Of a DNA stretch of 64,000 nt, positions 35,146 to 44,929 are shown one piece after another (the stretch's first letter is position 1; each line of letters starts with the position of its first letter). This DNA is from Gaiellaceae bacterium (GTDB lineage Bacteria; Actinomycetota; Thermoleophilia; Gaiellales; Gaiellaceae). Under the pieces are notes generated by a model. That model did no database searches, was not told the DNA's origin, and saw only the letters and a program-made list of their open reading frames with translations. The stretch spans positions 10,414 through 74,413 of the forward strand of contig DATDFL010000288.1 in assembly GCA_036522595.1 (NCBI GenBank), written 5' to 3'. The position numbers were made by a program, and so were the translations under genes.

Positions 35146-37587
35146 GTGAGGCGCGAGCTTCCGGCCGGGACCGTGACCTTCCTCTTCACCGACGTCGAGG
35201 CATCGACGCAGCTGCTGCACGGCCTCGGCGAAGAGCGCTACGCGGAGGCGCTCGCGGAGCACCGCCGCGTGCTGCGAGATGCCTTTGGCCACCACGGCGG
35301 CGTTGAGGTCGACACCCAGGGCGACGCCTTCTTCGTCGCCTTCGCGACCGCGCCGAGCGCGATCGCTGCCGCGTGCGAGGCCCAGGAGGCCCTGAAGGTC
35401 CCCGTGCGAATGGGCCTCCACACCGGCACGCCCCTCGTGACCGACGAGGGCTACGTCGGGACCGATGTTCACCGAGCCGCGCGGATCGCCGCAGCCGGCC
35501 ACGGACGGCAGGTCCTCGTCTCCGCATCGACCGCTTCCCTCCTCGAGCCAAGTAACAGTCTGTTACTTGACCTCGGGGAGCACCGCCTCAAGGACCTAAG
35601 CGCTCCCGAGCGGATCTTTCAGCTCGGCGAGGAGGAGTTTCCTCCACTCAAGACGCTCTACCGGACGAACCTTCCGGTGCCGGCGACGCCGTTCCTGGGC
35701 CGCGAGCAGGAGCTGGCGCAGGTCGTGGAGCTGCTCGTCGGCACGCGACTACTGACGCTCACCGGGCCGGGCGGAACCGGCAAAACCAGGCTCGCGTTGC
35801 AGGCCGCCGCCGCGAGCTCGGACCGCTACCCCGACGGCGTGTTCTGGGTGCCGCTGGCGTCCCTTCGCGACCCACGGCTCGTACTCGAGCAGGCCGCGCA
35901 GGCCGTCGGTGCTAGGAACGGGCTCGCCGAGCATGTCGCGGACAAACGCCTTCTGCTTCTACTCGACAACTTCGAGCACCTCATCGAGGCGGCAACCGAC
36001 CTCGCCGCGCTCACGGCCTCCTGCCCGAAGCTCCAGCTGCTCGTCACGAGCCGCGAGGTCCTGCGCCTGCCAGGGGAGCAGGTTTACCCCGTGCCGCCGC
36101 TCGAGGCCGAAGATGGAATGCAGTTCTTCCTCGCCCGCGCGCGGGAGGCCGACCCGAGCTTCGAGCCGGACGAGGCCGTGCCCGAGGTCTGCGCGCGATT
36201 GGAGCACTTGCCGCTCGCCCTCGAGCTCGCCGCGGCGCGCGTTCGGCTGCTCTCCCCGGCCCAGCTGCTCGAGAGGCTCACAGGCCGCCTCGACTTGCTC
36301 AAGGCCGGCCGCGGCGTCGATCCTCGCCAACACACGCTGAGGGCCACGATCGAGTGGTCGCACGACCTTCTCGACGCCGACGAGCAACGCCTGTTCGCCC
36401 GCCTTGGAGTGTTCGCCGGAGGCTGCACGCTCGAGGCAGCCGAGGGGATCTGCAATGCCGACCTCGACACGCTTCAGTCGCTCGTCGACAAGAGCCTCGT
36501 CCGCGTCCGCAAGGGGAATCGCTTCTGGATGCTCGAGACGATCCGCGAGTATGCGCTCGACCGGCTCCAGGCCTCGGGCGAGGGGCGCGACCTGTGGGAT
36601 CGCTACGCCGACTTCTTCCTCGCCCTTGCGGAGGAAGCCGAGCCGCTCATGCAGGAGAACTCGCCGGAATGGCTCGACCGAGCCGGGGACGAATTGCCGA
36701 ATATGCGCGGGGCACTCGACCATTTCGAGGCGTCCGGGCGGAACCAAGACGTGCTTCGGCTCGCTGGCGCGATCGGGCCTCTCTGGGGGGTCAGGGGGTC
36801 GATGACCGAAGGCGCTCGGCGGCTCGAAGCCGCGCTCGCCGCGGACGATCGGCCCACCTCGGCGCGCGCTAAGGCGCTCACGGCCGCTGCCAATCTCGCG
36901 CTGGGACAGGGCGACGACGAGAGGGTCGACGAGCTTGCGGGGGCGGCGCTTCCGCTTCACCGCGCCAGCGGGAACGAGTGGTTCGTCGTGGAGTCCTTGC
37001 TCCTCATGGCGCATGCGGCCGCAGATCGGGAAAACTTTGAGCGCGCACGCGACCTGGCCGAGGAAGCCGCAGAAGCGACGAAGTCTGACCCGCACTCGGC
37101 ACAGGCGATCCAAGCGACTTGGCAGCTCGGCTGGGCCCATGGCGGACTCGGTGAGCGTGAGCAAGGACGCGAGCTCTACGAAGAGGCGCTTCGACGGGCT
37201 CGCGCCGCAGGCTCGACGCACCTGCAGTCTCTCGTGCTGAGCGGGCTTTCCCGTCTTCTGATCACCGACGGTCGGCCGGCTGACGCTCTTCCACTGCTCC
37301 TCGAATCCTTTCGCCTGAACGTGGCCACGGGTGATCGCTGGCGCCTCGCGATCGACGCAACGCGCATCGCCCGCGCGCTGGCAGCGCTCGGCGAGGCGAG
37401 GAGAGCGGCTCGGCTGCTTGCGAGCGGCAGGGCCTTGTTCGAAGAGATCGGCGGCGCGCCCAGCTGGCGAGTGGGCGAGGACCAAGAGACGCTTGCGCTC
37501 CTCAGGGAGCAGCTGACCGAGGCCGAGCTCGCAGAGGAAACCGAACTCGGGTCGACGCTTTCTCCGGAGGAGATCCTCGGTGAGTGA
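35146..37587 (+). CDS. class III nucleotidyl cyclase + NB-ARC/AAA-type ATPase + TPR signalling protein
   Basis: VTFLFTDVEASTQL, TQGDAFFVAF, RMGLHTG..GTDVHRAARI, Walker A GPGGTGKTRL, hhhhDNFEH, then TPR-like repeats. Confidence 0.85.
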   Translation: MRRELPAGTVTFLFTDVEASTQLLHGLGEERYAEALAEHRRVLRDAFGHHGGVEVDTQGDAFFVAFATAPSAIAAACEAQEALKVPVRMGLHTGTPLVTDEGYVGTDVHRAARIAAAGHGRQVLVSASTASLLEPSNSLLLDLGEHRLKDLSAPERIFQLGEEEFPPLKTLYRTNLPVPATPFLGREQELAQVVELLVGTRLLTLTGPGGTGKTRLALQAAAASSDRYPDGVFWVPLASLRDPRLVLEQAAQAVGARNGLAEHVADKRLLLLLDNFEHLIEAATDLAALTASCPKLQLLVTSREVLRLPGEQVYPVPPLEAEDGMQFFLARAREADPSFEPDEAVPEVCARLEHLPLALELAAARVRLLSPAQLLERLTGRLDLLKAGRGVDPRQHTLRATIEWSHDLLDADEQRLFARLGVFAGGCTLEAAEGICNADLDTLQSLVDKSLVRVRKGNRFWMLETIREYALDRLQASGEGRDLWDRYADFFLALAEEAEPLMQENSPEWLDRAGDELPNMRGALDHFEASGRNQDVLRLAGAIGPLWGVRGSMTEGARRLEAALAADDRPTSARAKALTAAANLALGQGDDERVDELAGAALPLHRASGNEWFVVESLLLMAHAAADRENFERARDLAEEAAEATKSDPHSAQAIQATWQLGWAHGGLGEREQGRELYEEALRRARAAGSTHLQSLVLSGLSRLLITDGRPADALPLLLESFRLNVATGDRWRLAIDATRIARALAALGEARRAARLLASGRALFEEIGGAPSWRVGEDQETLALLREQLTEAELAEETELGSTLSPEEILGE

Positions 37588-38170
37588 CGTCGTCCGCGGC
37601 CCGGACGGGAAGCCGCGTTGCGGTTGGGGCGACAGCTCCGACCAGTACCGCGACTACCACGATACGGAGTGGGGGCGGCCGGTCCTCGACGAGCAAGGCC
37701 TCTACGAGCGGCTCTGCCTGGAGCTGATGCAGAGCGGCCTCTCCTTCGCGCTGATCCTGCGCAAGCGCGACGGCATGCGCGAGGCCTTTGCGGGATTCGA
37801 TCCAGAGAAGGTCGTCGGCCTCGACGTGGAGCGATTGCTCAAGGACGAGCGCGTGATCCGCAACCGGGCGAAGCTCGAGGCGATCGTCCAGAACGCGAAG
37901 GCGACCGTCGCCATGCGCGACGAGACGCCGCTCCCCGAGCTGATCTGGAGCTTCCGCCGCCGCGACAAGCGCGCGCCGCGCAACTACGGCGAGATGGTGT
38001 CGTTCAACGACGAGTCGAAGGAGCTGGCGAAGGAGCTGAAGCGCCGAGGCTTCTCGTTCGTCGGCCCGACGACGGTCTACTCGACGCTGCAAGCGGTCGG
38101 CGTCGTCAACGACCACATGGCCGGCTGCTTCGTCCGGTCCGAGGTGGAGGCCGAGCGCCGCCGCCTATAG
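37580..38170 (+). CDS. tag: DNA-3-methyladenine glycosylase I
   Basis: CGWGDS..YRDYHDTEWGRPV, LCLELMQSGLS and VGPTTVYSTLQAVGVVNDH. The GTG start overlaps the cyclase stop by 8 nt (GTGAGTGA). Confidence 0.92.
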   Translation: MSDVVRGPDGKPRCGWGDSSDQYRDYHDTEWGRPVLDEQGLYERLCLELMQSGLSFALILRKRDGMREAFAGFDPEKVVGLDVERLLKDERVIRNRAKLEAIVQNAKATVAMRDETPLPELIWSFRRRDKRAPRNYGEMVSFNDESKELAKELKRRGFSFVGPTTVYSTLQAVGVVNDHMAGCFVRSEVEAERRRL

Positions 38171-38216
38171 ACAGCGCTCGTGCGATCTGCGACGATCCTC
38201 TCGGGAGGGGATCGGG

Positions 38217-40184
38217 ATCAAGACCCGCCGGGCTCTCAGCGCAGCAGTCGTCGTCGGGTTCGTGCTTGCGCTCGCCGGCGCCGCCGTCTCTGCGTCCCAG
38301 CGGCCGGCGGTCTCGTCGGCAGGGACGTTCCGAGCGGACGTCGTCGGCGCGTCGTGGTCGCCAGACCCCGCCTTGGCCTATCTCACGACCGCCTGGCAGC
38401 TCGAGTACGCAACGTGCGCGAAGCTCGTCAACTACCCGGATGCGCCGCCTCCCGAAGGATCGCGACTCAGGCCCGAGATCGCGACGGCGATGCCGGAGGT
38501 CACTGACGGAGGGCTGACCTACACCTTCCAGATCCGAAACGACTACGCCTTCTCGCCTCCCGCGACCGGCGTCGTGACTGCGGAAAGCATGAAGTGGACG
38601 TTCGAGCGGACGCTGAGCCCGAGCCTGGCTGGGCCGGGCGCCGCGTTCTACACGAACATCGTCGGGGCCCAGGAATACATGAGCGGCCAGGCGCAGCACA
38701 TCAGCGGCATCGCGGCTAGTGGGGACGCCCTCACGATCCACCTGATCCAGCCGCAGGGCGACTTCCTGACCCTCCTCGCAATGCCATTCCTCTGCGCCGT
38801 CCCGACGACGCTTCCCGCAGTGGAGCAGACGACGGGGCCCATCCCTTCCGCCGGCCCCTACTACATCTCCGAGGCGGTGGTGAACGACCACTTCACGGTC
38901 AGCCGCAATCCGAACTACACGGGCCCGAGGCCGCAGCCGTTCGACGTGTTCGATTACCACTTCGGCGGCAACGAGGAGACCGTCCGGCAGCTGGTGGAGT
39001 CCGGGGTTTCCGACGACGGCTTCGGCGTCGGCCCGTGGGACGAGCTCAACCAGCTCTACGGCCCGGACAGCGACGCTGCCCACAACGGATACCAGCAGTG
39101 GTTCCCGGGTCCCTTCCAGTGCACCGGTTACCTGCCGCTGAACGCGGAGCGGCCGACGTTCGCGGACGTGAACATGAGGAAGGCCGTCAACTACGCCATC
39201 GATCGTGCCGCGCTTTCGGCGACCGTTTCTCCCTACCAGGCGCCCACGACCGACCAGTACCTACCGCAGGGGATGCCGGGATACGAAGACATTGCCGCAT
39301 ATCCCGACCACCCTGACATCGAGCAGGCTCGCGACCTGGCAGGTTGGCATCCGGGCGATCCTCTGCGTCCGCTCACCGTCTACTACCGGACGAACAGCAC
39401 GGCCAACATTGAGCAGTACCAGCTCATCCGGGATGAGCTGGCGCAGATCGGCTTCGACGTGACCGGTGTGGGCTTCGCCGGTGGCGACATCTACACGGCG
39501 ATCGGCACGCGGGGCGAGCCCTTCGACCTCGCGGTCAGCGTCGGCTGGTGCGGGGACTACTACGACCCCGCGAACTTCATGCAGCTCTTCGACGGGTCGA
39601 CGATCCACGACGGTGGCGGCAATCTCGACTCCTCGTACTTCAACGACCCCGTCTTCAACGATCGAATCCACGCAGCCGAGCAGCTCGTCGGCGACGAGCG
39701 CTACGACACTTTCCAGCAGATCGAGCACGACCTCGTCCTTGACGCAGCTCCGTGGGCGGCGTGGCGGCTGTATGGCACCAGCGAGTTCACGTCCCACCGG
39801 ATCGGCTGCCAGCTCTGGCAGTACGCCTACAGCAGCATGGACATCGTCCACCTCTGCCTGCGGTCACCACCGCCCCCACCACCTCCGCCTCCGCATCCAC
39901 CACCGCCGCCACCGCCACCAACCCCGCCGCCGCCGCCACCAGCCCCGCCGCCGCCTCCACCGCCCCCGTCGTTCAATCCGCCGAAATGCGTCGTCCCGAA
40001 TGTGCTCCACCTGAAGCTCGCCAAGGCGAAGTCCCGGCTGAAGGCGCGCCATTGCCGCGCGGGCACGATCAGCCGCAAACACTCGTCTCGCGCAGACCGG
40101 GGCCGCGTGATCAAGCAAGTCCCGAAGGCCAGCCGAAAGAAGCGCCCGAACGGCTTCAGGGTCCGGCTCACGATCGGCCGCTAG
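38217..40184 (+). CDS. orphan family-5 (peptide/nickel-type) solute-binding protein fused to a polyproline linker and a PASTA-like C-terminal domain
   Basis: SBP_bac_5-like body (PDPALAYLTTAWQLEYATCAKLVNYPD ... DHFTVSRNPNYTG ... MRKAVNYAIDR). Then 30 Pro in 33 residues, then CVVPNVLHLKLAKAKSRLKARHCRAGTI..GRVIKQVPKA..GFRVRLTIG. The first canonical start is GTG 38262. An ATC at 38217, 8 nt after GGAGG, would add a KTRRALS twin-arginine n-region. Confidence 0.8.
   Translation: MKTRRALSAAVVVGFVLALAGAAVSASQRPAVSSAGTFRADVVGASWSPDPALAYLTTAWQLEYATCAKLVNYPDAPPPEGSRLRPEIATAMPEVTDGGLTYTFQIRNDYAFSPPATGVVTAESMKWTFERTLSPSLAGPGAAFYTNIVGAQEYMSGQAQHISGIAASGDALTIHLIQPQGDFLTLLAMPFLCAVPTTLPAVEQTTGPIPSAGPYYISEAVVNDHFTVSRNPNYTGPRPQPFDVFDYHFGGNEETVRQLVESGVSDDGFGVGPWDELNQLYGPDSDAAHNGYQQWFPGPFQCTGYLPLNAERPTFADVNMRKAVNYAIDRAALSATVSPYQAPTTDQYLPQGMPGYEDIAAYPDHPDIEQARDLAGWHPGDPLRPLTVYYRTNSTANIEQYQLIRDELAQIGFDVTGVGFAGGDIYTAIGTRGEPFDLAVSVGWCGDYYDPANFMQLFDGSTIHDGGGNLDSSYFNDPVFNDRIHAAEQLVGDERYDTFQQIEHDLVLDAAPWAAWRLYGTSEFTSHRIGCQLWQYAYSSMDIVHLCLRSPPPPPPPPPHPPPPPPPPTPPPPPPAPPPPPPPPSFNPPKCVVPNVLHLKLAKAKSRLKARHCRAGTISRKHSSRADRGRVIKQVPKASRKKRPNGFRVRLTIGR
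39867..39965 (+). repeat. polyproline-coding C-rich tract (P9-H-P8-T-P5-A-P8)
   Basis: Read directly: 99 nt of CCN codons interrupted by only three other codons. Confidence 0.95.
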
Positions 40185-41258
<1,074 letters not shown>

Positions 41259-41419
41259 CTCGAGCGACGTGCGGATCGACCGGTCATTTCAGACGAAAGC
41301 ACCGGCAAAGCCGGTCCTTCCTGAGGTCGGCACCGCAAGCGGTGCAGACGGCCCTTAACCGCGGGTAAACGGACCCTATTCGCCGCTCGCCGCTTTCTTT
41401 CCTACACTAGGTCGTTCTC

Positions 41420-42355
41420 GTGCCAAGGAACCGCGACGCACGACTTGCGGTCTTGGGGTCACCCGTTCCTCGCTCCAGGCCCGCCGGGTACTCCTCGCGT
41501 AGTGCCACCGCTCTCCGGCGGCGGCTCGTCGCAGGGGTGCTCGTCTTCGTTTCGATCGTGTTGATCACGATCTACTTCCGCGAGCCTTCAGGCGGGAGCC
41601 TGCACGGCATCCAGAGCGGCGGTGCGGCGGTTCTGCGCCCCTTCGAGGTCGGTGCGGAGCGTGTCGCGAGGCCTTTCCGTGACGCCTACGGGTGGTTCGC
41701 CGGGCTCGTCCACGCGAAGTCCGAGAACGCGCGCCTGCGCAGCGAGGTCGACCAGCTCAGCCGGGAGGTGATCGCGAACCAGAACGCGGTCCAGGCGAAC
41801 AGCGACCTGCGGCGCCAGCTCCACTACGTCGGCCTGCCGACGTTTCCGAGCGGCTACGACCCCGTGAACACGGAGATCATCGGCCGCCCCGCGAGCGAGT
41901 TCCAGCAGCAGGTCGACATCGCGGCGGGCTCGGTCAACGGGATCCGAAAGAACGACCCCGTCGTCAGCCCGGACGGCCTGGTCGGGCTCGTCACCGAGGT
42001 CGCCCACAACCAGGCGCAGGTGACGCTCCTGACCGATCCCGGGCTGAACGTCTCCGCGTACGACCTGACCACGAAGGCATCGGGGCTGGTCGACCACGGC
42101 CAGGGGCCGGGGACGCTGATCCTCGACCGGGTGCAGAAGTCCCAGACGGTCCGCGCGGGCGAATGGATCGTGACCTCGGGCTTCAAGTCGCACGGCCTCT
42201 CGTCGCTCTACCCAAAGGGAATCCCGATCGGCGTGGTCTCGGGCGCGTCGCTGAGCGACCTCGACCTCTACTGGCAAATCCAGGTGCGGCCACTGGTCGA
42301 CTTCGGGTCGCTCCAGTCCGTGACCGTGCTCGTCCCGAAAACCCGCCCCCGGTGA
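41420..42355 (+). CDS. mreC: rod shape-determining protein MreC
   Basis: Position between mreB and mreD, an N-terminal TM, a coiled-coil ENARLRSEVDQL, and beta-barrel motifs GIRKNDPVVSPDGLVGLV and SLYPKGIPIG. Confidence 0.9.
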   Translation: MPRNRDARLAVLGSPVPRSRPAGYSSRSATALRRRLVAGVLVFVSIVLITIYFREPSGGSLHGIQSGGAAVLRPFEVGAERVARPFRDAYGWFAGLVHAKSENARLRSEVDQLSREVIANQNAVQANSDLRRQLHYVGLPTFPSGYDPVNTEIIGRPASEFQQQVDIAAGSVNGIRKNDPVVSPDGLVGLVTEVAHNQAQVTLLTDPGLNVSAYDLTTKASGLVDHGQGPGTLILDRVQKSQTVRAGEWIVTSGFKSHGLSSLYPKGIPIGVVSGASLSDLDLYWQIQVRPLVDFGSLQSVTVLVPKTRPR

Positions 42356-42885
42356 GCCGCTACCTGATCGAGCCCGCGAAGGTCTGCGCGGTGATCTTCG
42401 TCGCAGCGATCCTGCAGGTGACGATCTTCTCGTCGGTCGACATCCTCGGCGGAACGCCCGACGTCCTCCTCCTGACGCTGATGGGCGTCGCGCTGCTGCG
42501 CGGCTCGATCTACGGCGCGGCTGCCGGCTTCGCGGCCGGCCTGATCGTCGACACCGCGAACCTCGCGACCCTGGGCGTGACGTCGCTGCTCCTGACGATC
42601 GCCGGTTACTGGATCGGGCGCTACGGCGAGACGACCGGCCGCGACCGTGCCCACGCGCCGTTCGTGTCGGTCGCGGTCGCGACGATCCTCGTCCAGTTCG
42701 GCGCGCTGTTCCTGCACTACATGCTCGGCGACGCCGTGTCGGCGCGGGTCGTCCTGCTCGACGCGCTCTTCCCGAAGGTCGCGCTGAACCTGCTCCTGAC
42801 TCTTCCGGTCTACGCGCTCGTGCGGCGCGTGCTCGCGTGGGCGACCGAGCCGGAGGGCGCGAGGGAGGTGCAGCTCCTTGGCTAG
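42352..42885 (+). CDS. mreD: rod shape-determining protein MreD
   Basis: GTGA overlap with the mreC stop and a 5-TM small protein (PDVLLLTLMGVALLRG ... GLIVD). Confidence 0.85.
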   Translation: MSRYLIEPAKVCAVIFVAAILQVTIFSSVDILGGTPDVLLLTLMGVALLRGSIYGAAAGFAAGLIVDTANLATLGVTSLLLTIAGYWIGRYGETTGRDRAHAPFVSVAVATILVQFGALFLHYMLGDAVSARVVLLDALFPKVALNLLLTLPVYALVRRVLAWATEPEGAREVQLLG

Positions 42886-44929
42886 CACCGGCGCGCGCGC
42901 TCGTAGGCCCGGCTCCAACCGCTTCCTGCCGCCCGACCCGCGCGTCGAGGAGCCGTACCGCTTCACGCCGCAGCTCGCCCTGAGGCTCGGGATCCTCGGC
43001 GCCGTTGCGCTGGTCGCGTTCGGGATCCTCTTCTTCCGGCTCTGGGCGCTGCAGGTGCTCTCGGGCCCGCAGTACCTGCAGGCGGCGCTCGACAACCAGG
43101 TGCGCTCGGTCCGCATCGAGGCGCAGCGCGGCGAGATCCTCGACCGGAACGGCGTGCCGCTGGTCGCGACCGTGCCGGGCACGGCCGTCCAGCTCTGGCC
43201 CTCCGACATGGCCAAGAGCTCCTGGCACGCGCAGCGCGACGAGCTCCGGCGGCTCTCGCGGGTGCTCAAGGTCCCGGTTCGCCAGATGCTGGCCGACATG
43301 AGCAAGCACAAGGGCGACCCCGTGACGCCGGTCGTCGTGCGGGAATCGGTCAACCGCGACGCGCCGATCCTCTACCTGAGCGAGCATGCGGAGGAGTTCC
43401 CGGGTGTGCAGATCGTGCACACGTACCTGCGGAGCTACCCGCAGGGCACGCTGGCCGCCCAGCTGCTCGGCTACGTCTCGGAGATCTCGCCCCCGCAGCT
43501 CAAAGACCTCCAGCGCAAGGGTTACGAGCCCGGCGACAAGATCGGCCAGGCCGGGCTCGAGGCGACCTACGACTCGTACTTGCGCGGGCGGCCCGGCCTG
43601 AAGCAGCTGCGCGTCGACTCGCTCGGCCGCGCGCGGAGCCAGCTCGTCCTCAAGCGCGACCCGGCACCAGGCGAGTCGATCCAGACGACGCTCGACATCA
43701 AGCTGCAGCGCGTCGCCCAGCAGGCGATCCAGGACGGGATCCAGCTCGCGCGGAACAACCATCACTGGGCCGCCAATGCCGGCTCGATCGTCGCCCTGAA
43801 CCCGAACGACGGCTCGGTCCTCGCCATGGCGTCCTACCCGAGCTACAACCCCGCGGTCTACACAGGCCAGGTGACGACGAAGCGCCTTGCCTCCTACGGC
43901 CTGACGCCGTCGACCGCCGAGGCGCACAACTACCCATCGCTGAACCGCGCGATCAGCGGCCTCTATCCGGCCGGCTCGACCTTCAAGCCCGTCACGGCCC
44001 TGGCCGCGCTGCAGACGCACACCATCTCTCCGTCGACGGTGCTCGAGTGCACGGGCTCATACACCGTCTACAAAAGCGACGGGACGGTTGCCCAGGTCTT
44101 CCACAACGTCGACCCCGGGGCTTTCGAGGCGATGACGCTCCCGACCGCGCTCGGCCAGTCGTGCGACACCTGGTTCTACCAGGTGGGCGACATGTTCTAC
44201 AACGCGCCCCCGAGCGCAGGCCATCCGTTGCAGGCCTGGGCAGCGCGGTTCGGCATCGGGCACAAGACCGGCCTCGATGTCGGCCCGGAGTCGGCGGGAT
44301 TGCTCCCGACCCCCGAGTGGCGCCACCAGCGGTTCACGGCGAAGACCGATCCGCGCAACTGGCAGATCGACCGCCTCTGGAAGCCTGGTGACTCGATCCA
44401 GCTCGCGATCGGCCAGAAGGACCTGCTCGTGACGCCGCTGCAGATGACGCGCTTCTACGCGCTGCTCGCGAACGGCGGCAAGCTCGTCAAGCCGCATCTC
44501 GTCGAGGACGTCCAGGAGGGCGGCGGCGGGCGTTCCGCGCCGCGGGTCGTTCACCGCTTCACGGCTCCGGCGCCGGTCTCGGTCGGGCTCGACCCGAGCA
44601 ACCTCGCGGTCGTGCAGGACGGGCTCTACCAGGCGACCCACGCTTCCTACGGAACCGCCTACAACGTGTTCGGCAACTACCCCATCCCGATCGCCGGCAA
44701 GACCGGGACGGCGCAGAAGATCGTCAGCATCCCGGGCGCGGGTTTCCTCGGTGAGCAGGATCAGTCCTGGTGGTGCGGCTACGGCCCGGTGAACGAGCCA
44801 GAGCCGCCGCAGATCGTCGTGTGCGCGCTGATCGAGAACGGCGGCTTCGGCGCCGAGGCGGCCGCTCCCGCAGCGCTGCAGGTCTTCAAGCAGTTCTTCA
44901 GGGAGCAGGGAGGCGCTGCGGGCGGATGA
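42878..44929 (+). CDS. mrdA: penicillin-binding protein 2 (elongation transpeptidase)
   Basis: TTG start overlapping the mreD stop. Motifs: SGPQYLQAALDNQVR, GSTFKP (SxxK), SCD and KTGTAQ. Confidence 0.93.
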   Translation: MASTGARARRPGSNRFLPPDPRVEEPYRFTPQLALRLGILGAVALVAFGILFFRLWALQVLSGPQYLQAALDNQVRSVRIEAQRGEILDRNGVPLVATVPGTAVQLWPSDMAKSSWHAQRDELRRLSRVLKVPVRQMLADMSKHKGDPVTPVVVRESVNRDAPILYLSEHAEEFPGVQIVHTYLRSYPQGTLAAQLLGYVSEISPPQLKDLQRKGYEPGDKIGQAGLEATYDSYLRGRPGLKQLRVDSLGRARSQLVLKRDPAPGESIQTTLDIKLQRVAQQAIQDGIQLARNNHHWAANAGSIVALNPNDGSVLAMASYPSYNPAVYTGQVTTKRLASYGLTPSTAEAHNYPSLNRAISGLYPAGSTFKPVTALAALQTHTISPSTVLECTGSYTVYKSDGTVAQVFHNVDPGAFEAMTLPTALGQSCDTWFYQVGDMFYNAPPSAGHPLQAWAARFGIGHKTGLDVGPESAGLLPTPEWRHQRFTAKTDPRNWQIDRLWKPGDSIQLAIGQKDLLVTPLQMTRFYALLANGGKLVKPHLVEDVQEGGGGRSAPRVVHRFTAPAPVSVGLDPSNLAVVQDGLYQATHASYGTAYNVFGNYPIPIAGKTGTAQKIVSIPGAGFLGEQDQSWWCGYGPVNEPEPPQIVVCALIENGGFGAEAAAPAALQVFKQFFREQGGAAGG

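Noticed and set aside
35549-35569. Reading the intragenic palindrome as a LexA/SOS box because tag lies downstream
   Set aside because: The half-sites (GTAACAG / CTGTTAC) do not match the actinobacterial TCGAAC-N4-GTTCGA box or the CTGT-N8-ACAG box. It is kept as an unexplained palindrome instead.
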